DNA of 64,000 bases from an uncultured Nitrososphaerota archaeon (lineage in GTDB: Archaea; Korarchaeota; Korarchaeia; Korarchaeales; Korarchaeaceae): positions 96,001-160,000 of the forward strand of contig CAZQNA010000002.1 in assembly GCA_964594835.1 (NCBI GenBank), given 5' to 3'. Positions 57,640 through 64,000 of this stretch are shown here, one piece after another; positions within the stretch are counted from its first letter, which is position 1, and the number at the start of each line of letters is the position of its first letter. Under the pieces are notes generated by a model. That model was given only the letters and a program-made list of their open reading frames with translations. It ran no database searches and was not told the origin of the DNA. The position numbers and the translations under genes are program-made.

Positions 57640-58491
57640 TCATATCCTGTAGAGGAGGGAGCTCTCCAGCGCGAGCCAGTCGGTGTAGATGCTGATCAGT
57701 ACGATCCCGACGAGGAAAACTCCCATTCCGGCCAGGACCAGGTAGTCGAGCTTGGTCATCCTGTACTTGGAGAGGATGTAGTCGGTCCTCCTGCCAGACT
57801 TCAGCCCCGTGAACCTGAACCCCCTGGAGTCGAGGGCGTTGGACACCTCGTCCGACCTCCTTATGGCAAGGGCGACGAGGGGGACGATGTACATGCCGAA
57901 CTTCTTCACCTTCTCGGAGAAGGGGAGGGCCTGCAGGTCGAGGGCTCGGGCCTTCTCGGCCTCCCTTATCGTGTTGAAGTCGATTATCGAGAGGCCTATG
58001 GACCTCAGGGCCAGGCCGGCCATGTAGGCCAGCATGAAGGGCACCTTGAGGGCCCTGAGCCCAACCACAATGTCCCTCTCCCTCATGGTGCTGAGGAAGA
58101 AGATCATGATCAGGATGGCGAAGATCAGCTGGATGTACACCACCATTGCCCACCTGAGGTTCTCCCAGCACACCTTCACCGGCCCCAGCTCGATCAGCAC
58201 CCTGTAGTCCGGGTTGTACCCGCCGAAGAACGTGTAGGCGATGGCTATGACGAAGAACAGGTTGACGAAGGCCATCTTGTAGTTCTTGATCACCCTCAGG
58301 TCCACCTTCGACGCCTTGAACAGCGCCAGCATGAAGATGGAGCCCGCGACGTTCAGCTCCGGGAGCCTGACTATCATGGGGTAGGCGCTGACGATCAGGA
58401 GGAACATGAGCCTCGTCATGGGGTGCAGCCTGAATATGGGGGAGTCCACGGGAAGATACCCCAGGAGGGACCTCCTCATCTTGGCGGGCAT
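57640..58491 (-). CDS. ecfT: ECF transporter T component
   Basis: SPIFRLHP, KARA and ALDSRGF Arg motifs. Confidence 0.88.
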   Translation of the reverse strand: MPAKMRRSLLGYLPVDSPIFRLHPMTRLMFLLIVSAYPMIVRLPELNVAGSIFMLALFKASKVDLRVIKNYKMAFVNLFFVIAIAYTFFGGYNPDYRVLIELGPVKVCWENLRWAMVVYIQLIFAILIMIFFLSTMRERDIVVGLRALKVPFMLAYMAGLALRSIGLSIIDFNTIREAEKARALDLQALPFSEKVKKFGMYIVPLVALAIRRSDEVSNALDSRGFRFTGLKSGRRTDYILSKYRMTKLDYLVLAGMGVFLVGIVLISIYTDWLALESSLLYRI

Positions 58492-58557
58492 CTCATCTCA
58501 CTCTCTCCACTGGACCCATTCGCCTGGGCGGAAAAATAGGGTTGGAGAGCCGGGCCC

Positions 58558-59163
58558 TCAGGCCCACCAACCCTTGACGAAGGACCTGTGCCTCACAACC
58601 AGCGGCGAGAGCGCCTTGAGGAGGATGGCGCCGAAGATCAGGGCCGGGACTCCGTTGCCTATGGTCCAGCCGGAGAAGAACAGCGGAACGGACTCCACGG
58701 TGATGAGGCCGAACCACTGCAGGGCGGTCACGGCCCAGGCCGCGCCGAGGATGTTGTTCACGATGACGCCGAAGACGAGGAAGAGGACCCAGTCCCTGCC
58801 GCTCTTGAGGCTCGGGTCGGCCTTGAAGTACCTGAAGGCCCAGGCGGGCAGGAGGCCCTGAATGAGGTTGGATGGCAGGTAGGCGAAGCTCACGTACAGG
58901 GGCGCCCCGGCCAGCGAGTTGGAGATGAAGGGGAAGAGGAAACCGGCGATTACCCCCCACATCCCGAACCATATCCCGCCGACCGCCTGCACAGCCACTC
59001 CCGGCCAGAAGCCCGTCACGCCGTATCCCAGCGGGACCGACAGGCTACCGAAGGTACCGGCGACGGCTCCCACTCCTATCAAAAGGGCCATTATGGCTAT
59101 GTGGATCGTGCCGGGCTTCCTGATCTCCCCCGGCTCCCTGTCCCAAACGGTCTTGGCCATCAT
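58558..59163 (-). CDS. ECF transporter S component, substrate unknown
   Basis: About 200 aa, 6 TM, first gene of the ECF operon. Confidence 0.75.
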   Translation of the reverse strand: MMAKTVWDREPGEIRKPGTIHIAIMALLIGVGAVAGTFGSLSVPLGYGVTGFWPGVAVQAVGGIWFGMWGVIAGFLFPFISNSLAGAPLYVSFAYLPSNLIQGLLPAWAFRYFKADPSLKSGRDWVLFLVFGVIVNNILGAAWAVTALQWFGLITVESVPLFFSGWTIGNGVPALIFGAILLKALSPLVVRHRSFVKGWWA

Positions 59164-59334
59164 TCTCACCAGTTTCAGATCGGGTGAGGGTTCGACGGGA
59201 GCAGGACAAAATTAAGGTTACCTTCGACAAACGTACCAGGGCCGGCCCCGGGCGCAACGCTTTTTAATCGGCGCCCGAGCGTCCCGGCAACGCCCCCAGG
59301 GAGGGATGGAATGTGGGGGATCTAGTTTGGTCGC

Positions 59335-59817
59335 GTGACTAGGTCTGTCCGCCCCGGCGTAGGCCCTGTTTCGGAGATCCTCGCCATCTCGGCGGGGGAA
59401 CCGACTCTGAGGGTGTCTCTGGTATCCATCTCTTCTCTGAGGCCCCACGAGCGGCACCTGCCTTTCAGGAGAGAGGAGCTGAGGCGCCAGATCCTCGAGG
59501 ATGGTGCCTTGAGGGTCCCCGTGCTCGTCGACGGCCTGACCGGCGCCCTCCTCGACGGCCACCACAGGGTCGCGGCCCTGAGGTCCCTCGGCGCGGGCCT
59601 CGTCCCGGCCGCGGTCGTGGACTACTCATCGCCGGAGATAGAGGTTAGGCCCAGGAGGGTCGACGTGCCCGTCTCCAAGGCGCTCGTCAGGGCGACGGCA
59701 CGGTCTGGACGCCTCCTGCCTCCCAAGACCACGGGGCACGTGCTTCCAACGGAGCTGCCGGAGGTGGACGTACCCCTGAGCGACCTTCTGATTGAGAGGG
59801 AGGTGGATGAGGAGTGA
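59335..59817 (+). CDS. ParB/Srx-fold protein, SerK/SbnI-like (possible free serine kinase)
   Basis: [29 protein letters not shown]; GTGA overlap with trpB2. Confidence 0.7.
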   Translation: MTRSVRPGVGPVSEILAISAGEPTLRVSLVSISSLRPHERHLPFRREELRRQILEDGALRVPVLVDGLTGALLDGHHRVAALRSLGAGLVPAAVVDYSSPEIEVRPRRVDVPVSKALVRATARSGRLLPPKTTGHVLPTELPEVDVPLSDLLIEREVDEE

Positions 59818-61106
59818 GCGCACCCGAGAGGATAGACCTTCCCCTGGAGGAACTCCCCCGAAGGTGGTACAACGTGACGGCGGACCTCCCGGATCTGCCG
59901 CCCTACGTCCACCCGGAGACCAGGGAGCCCCTCGGTCCCGAGGCGTTCGAGCCCCTGTTCCCGAGGGAGTGCGTCAGGCAGGAGTTCTCGAGGGAGAGGT
60001 TCATCGACATCCCCGAGGAGCTCAGGGAGCTCTACGTCAGGATAGGGAGGCCCACGCCCGTCTACAGGGCCAGGAGGTTGGAGCAGTACCTCAGGACGCC
60101 TGCCAGGATCTACTACAAGAGGGAGGACCTCAGCCCCACGGGGAGCCACAAGCTGAACACCGCCCTGGCCCAGGCCTTCTACGCGGCCAGGGAGGGGCTC
60201 GAGTACCTGACCACCGAGACCGGCGCGGGGCAGTGGGGCTCCGCCCTGTCGCTCGCGACTGCCCTGAACGGGATAGGGGCCCTGGTGTTCATGGTCAGGG
60301 TCTCCTACAACCAGAAGCCCTACAGGAAGTACGTCATGAAGCTCTACGGGGCCGAGGTGGTTCCCTCCCCGAGCGAAAGGACCCGCGCGGGCAGGAGGTT
60401 CCTGGAGGAGGACCCTGACCACCCCGGCTCGCTGGGGATAGCGATAAGCGAGGCGATAGAGGCCGCCATGTCCTACGAGGGTGCGAAGTACTCGCTGGGA
60501 AGCGTCCTCCACCACGTGCTCCTTCACCAGACCGTGATAGGCGAGGAGGCCAGGAGGCAGATGGAGATCGCCGAGGAGGAGGTGGACGTTCTCATCGGCT
60601 GCGTCGGCGGGGGAAGCAACTTCGCTGGCCTCACGTTCCCCTTCGTAAGGGACGTCCTGGAGGGGAGGGCCAGCTACAGGGTCATAGCGGCTGAGCCCAC
60701 TGCCTGCCCCTCCCTGACCGGGGGGGAGTACAGGTACGACTTCGGAGACGCGGCGGGCACGACTCCGCTGATAATGATGTACACCCTGGGCCACGACTTC
60801 GTCCCGCCCCCGATACACGCCGGCGGGCTGAGGTACCACGGGGCCGCCCCCACAGTCTCGCTGCTGAGGAGGAAGGGGGTGATCGAGCCCGTGGCCTACC
60901 CGCAGGAGGAGGTCTTCGAGGCCGCCAGGATCTTCGCGATGACCGAGGGGCTGATACCGGCTCCGGAGACCTCCCACGCAGTGAAGGCCGCCGTGGAGGA
61001 GGCCCTAAGGGCGAAGAGGGAGGGAAGGGAGGAGGTCATACTCTTCAACTACTCCGGGCACGGCTTCCTGGACCTGCAGGGCTACGCTCAGGTGCTGGGG
61101 CTCTGA
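59814..61106 (+). CDS. trpB2: Tryptophan synthase beta chain, TrpB2 type
   Basis: [14 protein letters not shown] (PLP Lys), [31 protein letters not shown]. Confidence 0.95.
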   Translation: MSAPERIDLPLEELPRRWYNVTADLPDLPPYVHPETREPLGPEAFEPLFPRECVRQEFSRERFIDIPEELRELYVRIGRPTPVYRARRLEQYLRTPARIYYKREDLSPTGSHKLNTALAQAFYAAREGLEYLTTETGAGQWGSALSLATALNGIGALVFMVRVSYNQKPYRKYVMKLYGAEVVPSPSERTRAGRRFLEEDPDHPGSLGIAISEAIEAAMSYEGAKYSLGSVLHHVLLHQTVIGEEARRQMEIAEEEVDVLIGCVGGGSNFAGLTFPFVRDVLEGRASYRVIAAEPTACPSLTGGEYRYDFGDAAGTTPLIMMYTLGHDFVPPPIHAGGLRYHGAAPTVSLLRRKGVIEPVAYPQEEVFEAARIFAMTEGLIPAPETSHAVKAAVEEALRAKREGREEVILFNYSGHGFLDLQGYAQVLGL

Positions 61107-61155
61107 GCCCGGGCCCCGCCTCAAACCTTTTTTCTCCGGACGCGACCTAGGGCCG

Positions 61156-61893
61156 ATGGACTTCCCCACCCCTGAGGACGCCATCATGGCCGCTTGCGGG
61201 GGGAGGGGGATCCCGTCCGGACCCGCCCTCGACGTGGGGTGCGGGAGGGGGAGGAGCACCCTGGCGCTGTATAGGGTCCTCGGCCGGCTGGTCGTCGGGG
61301 TTGACATGGACGTGGGGGCCCTCCGGGAGGCGAGTGCTGGCCGGTCAGCCGGGCGGGCGGAGCTCGTAAGGGCCGAAGCGTCTCGGCTCCCCTTCCGAGA
61401 CTCCTCCTTCTCCCTAGCCCTCCTCTTCCTGACGCTGCACGAGCTCGGGGCCGACGCCGTGAAGGAGGCGCTGGCCGAGGTGAGGAGGGTCCTGAGGCCC
61501 GGGGGGATCCTAACCCTGGTCGACAAGTGCAGGGTCTCCGGCCTGAGGCCGAGCGAGATGATCCCCCTCCTCACCGAGGAGGCCTACCACGGGGCGAGGG
61601 AGATCGTCACGGGGGAGAGGTCGGTGGGGGTCCTGTCCCCTCGGGGGGTCGTAGAGCTGGTCGAGTCGGCGGGGTTCTCCCTTGAGAAGCTCGGGGTGGG
61701 GAGGCTCGGGAGGTGGCTGGATCCCGACGAGTTCCTGTCGGCGTGGGGCAGGAAGACGAGGGGGTACCTCAGGGAGGCCGAGGGCAGGGAGGGCGTCGGG
61801 AGGATCGAGGCGCTGGTGAGGAGGATAGAGGACCTCGCCAGGAGGCACGGCTACGGCCCCGCTCCAGTTGTGGTGGCCAGATTCGCGAGATAA
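61156..61893 (+). CDS. Class I SAM-dependent methyltransferase
   Basis: LDVGCGRG, LPFRDSSF, RVLRPGG. Confidence 0.88.
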   Translation: MDFPTPEDAIMAACGGRGIPSGPALDVGCGRGRSTLALYRVLGRLVVGVDMDVGALREASAGRSAGRAELVRAEASRLPFRDSSFSLALLFLTLHELGADAVKEALAEVRRVLRPGGILTLVDKCRVSGLRPSEMIPLLTEEAYHGAREIVTGERSVGVLSPRGVVELVESAGFSLEKLGVGRLGRWLDPDEFLSAWGRKTRGYLREAEGREGVGRIEALVRRIEDLARRHGYGPAPVVVARFAR

Positions 61894-62000
61894 CTGCCAT
61901 CCAGCGGGCGTGAGCTCCATGGGGGCAGTTGCCCAGCCGGACGCGGTGCGCACGCGGCTTAATACGGAGCGGTCAAGGGGTCGTCGGCGGGGTGAGACCC

Positions 62001-63029
62001 ATGGTCGACCTCTACATGAAGGACCTTGTCACGACCCAGGAGTGGACGATGGACGAGATCGAGGAGGCCCTGAGGGTCGCCACGAGGTACAAGCAGATCG
62101 GGAGGGCGGGCAAGGAGTTTCCGCCCGTCCTGAAGAACAAGAACTTCTTCATGGTGTTCTTCGCGCCCTCCACCAGGACCAGGGGCGCGTTCGAGGCCGG
62201 GGCCACCCTCCTGGGTGGGCACGGGGTCTACGTGGACGTGAGCACCACCAGGCTGGGCGCCGGGGAGGCTGTGAAGGACGTCGCCAAGATGTACGACATC
62301 TACGCCCACGGCATCGGCGTGAGGCTCCTGGACAAGGTGATAGACTTCAAGTACGGCACCGGCAACCCAGTGATAAGGGAGTTCGCCCGGGTGGCGAGGA
62401 AGCCAGTCATCAACATGGCCGACGACATGTTCCACCCGACCCAGGGGCTCGGAGACATAATGGTCATGAGGGAGAGGCTCAGGAGGCTCCAGGGCAAGAA
62501 GTTCGTGGTCATGTGGGCCTACGCCTCCAAGATCAGGGGCCCGTGCAGCATACACGCCGACCTGCTCATAGCCAGCAGGTTCGGGATGGACGTCGTCCTG
62601 GCGCACCCGCCCGGGTTCGAGCTCGACCCCAAGGTGATGGACTGGGTGAGGGAGAACGCCAGGGAGAGCGGAGGGAGCTTCGAGATAGTGAACGACTACA
62701 GGGAGGCCCTCAAGGGCGCCCACGCCGTCTTTCCGAGGAGCTGGCACACCTGGCAGCTGGGGCAGGTTGGGCTGTCCCAGTTCGGCCTGGAGAGGGAGCT
62801 TGAGATCCACAGGAAGTACAGGGACTGGATGCTGACCCAGGAACTCGTTGACGACCTGATGGAGCCCGGGGCCATAGTGACCCACGTCCTCCCCGTGTTC
62901 AGGGGCGAGGAGGCGACCGACGAGGTCATGGACGGCCCCAACTCCGTCATATACGAGCAGGCGGAGGACAACCTCTACGCCAAGATGGCGGTCATGGCGC
63001 TGACCATGAACGGAGACCCGGGCGTGTGA
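62001..63029 (+). CDS. Ornithine carbamoyltransferase family, knotted (YgeW/ArgF'-like) type
   Basis: PSTRTR, HPTQ, MWAY, HVLP.RG.E, EQAEDNL. Confidence 0.8.
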   Translation: MVDLYMKDLVTTQEWTMDEIEEALRVATRYKQIGRAGKEFPPVLKNKNFFMVFFAPSTRTRGAFEAGATLLGGHGVYVDVSTTRLGAGEAVKDVAKMYDIYAHGIGVRLLDKVIDFKYGTGNPVIREFARVARKPVINMADDMFHPTQGLGDIMVMRERLRRLQGKKFVVMWAYASKIRGPCSIHADLLIASRFGMDVVLAHPPGFELDPKVMDWVRENARESGGSFEIVNDYREALKGAHAVFPRSWHTWQLGQVGLSQFGLERELEIHRKYRDWMLTQELVDDLMEPGAIVTHVLPVFRGEEATDEVMDGPNSVIYEQAEDNLYAKMAVMALTMNGDPGV

Positions 63030-63065
63030 CCCAGTCTCCTCCCCTCACTTTTCCGCCCTACGGGC

Positions 63066-63542
63066 TCAGCCGCCCGGCGTCCCGTGGAAGAGGGCATCGA
63101 ACCACATCAAGTGCGCGAGGTCCTGATCCATGAAGGTCTCAGGCTCCACCACCAGCCTCTGAATCCCCAGCAGGAGGGCGTGGTGGCGCCGCTCGTCCCC
63201 GAGGATGTACTCGATCAGGAGCCTGAGCTTCTCGTCCTCCAGCCCCTTCAGGATCTCCGAGTACCGCTCCATGGCCTCCCTCTCCATCTCGATGTGTCTC
63301 TCTATGGCCCCCCTGATGGCGTCGCGCTCCTCCTCCGTGAGGAGGGGCGTGGAGCCCGCCATCCTGGCCTCGATGGCCGAGAGAATGTTCTCGTGCTTCA
63401 TCGAGTCGAGGGCTATCCCCCTTATGAGCTCCCTCACCAGGGGGTTCTTCACCCGCTCGACGGACTCGTTCGCCTGGGAGACGATCTCCCTCTCAAGGGC
63501 CTTCTGCCTCCCGACGAACCTCAGGAACTCCTCCCGCTCCAC
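63066..63542 (-). CDS. Ferritin-like/rubrerythrin-type four-helix bundle protein
   Basis: E..DSMKH and E..DERRHH di-metal motifs. Confidence 0.8.
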   Translation of the reverse strand: MEREEFLRFVGRQKALEREIVSQANESVERVKNPLVRELIRGIALDSMKHENILSAIEARMAGSTPLLTEEERDAIRGAIERHIEMEREAMERYSEILKGLEDEKLRLLIEYILGDERRHHALLLGIQRLVVEPETFMDQDLAHLMWFDALFHGTPGG

Positions 63543-63669
63543 TCAATCCACCTGAGTCACCGTCGAGGCGGTCGGCCTTAAGGCGCGCGAGCTTGGGCGG
63601 GCGGCCGAGGGCCGGGACCGGGGCGGTACCCGTTATTACTTGTCCAGCCACCCAGGCGCCGGGTCGGGA

Positions 63670-64000
63670 ATGGCCAGGGTGGCCATCACGAGGAGGTCCG
63701 CGCTCGTCATAGTGGACGTGCAGAGGGACTTCATGCCCGGCGGGGCGCTCCCCGTGCCCAACGGGGACGAGGTCGTGCCGGTGCTCAACTCCTACATCGA
63801 GCTGTTCGACAGGCTGGGGAGGCCCGTGGTGGCGACGAGGGACTGGCACCCCCCGAACCACATCAGCTTCAGACCCAGGGGGCCCTGGCCGCCCCACTGC
63901 GTTCGGGGCACGGAGGGGGCCGAGTTCCACCCTGACCTCAGGCTCCCGGCGGGGACCATAGTGGTGTCCAAGGCGACCGAGCCGGGCAGGGAGGCGTACT
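63670..64000 (+). CDS. pncA: Nicotinamidase/pyrazinamidase (3' end outside window)
   Basis: ALVIVDVQRDFMPGGALPV, TRDWHPPNHISF, WPPHCV.GT.GAEFHP. Confidence 0.9.
   Translation, partial: MARVAITRRSALVIVDVQRDFMPGGALPVPNGDEVVPVLNSYIELFDRLGRPVVATRDWHPPNHISFRPRGPWPPHCVRGTEGAEFHPDLRLPAGTIVVSKATEPGREAY

Noticed and set aside
59335-59817. ParB chromosome-partition protein
   Set aside because: No HTH domain or parA neighbour; motifs and context fit SerK-like enzymes better.

Overview
GC-rich (by eye about 65-70%), gene-dense archaeal DNA, probably from a thermophile (XPB-Bax1, TrpB2, TupABC, HEPN/MNT, COG1149 pair, AGG/ATA codon use, TATA-type promoters). The lineage cannot be fixed from sequence alone. 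About 65 CDSs were found, and no rRNA, tRNA, CRISPR array or transposase was recognised. Contents: transporters (EamA, CDF, TupABC tungstate, MFS, CPA, ABC-2, ECF); an Fe-S/metallocluster cluster (SufT, two COG1149 ATPases, NifX-like) next to a ModE-like regulator; a GT2 locus; XPB-Bax1; VapBC and HEPN-MNT pairs; several surface proteins; a MoxR-DUF58-vWA system; trpB2; a knotted-type transcarbamylase; and an AT-rich insert at about 38.9-41.6 kb. Best novelty candidate: a radical SAM/SPASM enzyme with an N-terminal PqqD/RRE-like domain, translationally coupled to a large membrane protein ending in a 10-Cys tail (SSCVCACVSCACACACVSCACACAGGGAG), i.e. a possible RiPP-like core fused to a membrane protein. 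Other notable observations: a SerK-like gene coupled to trpB2; Trp/Gly-rich low-complexity proteins sharing a 64/65-nt identical coiled-coil cassette; probable CTG start codons; and a degenerate direct repeat bracketing the AT-rich insert. All family assignments are by motif recognition, not database search.
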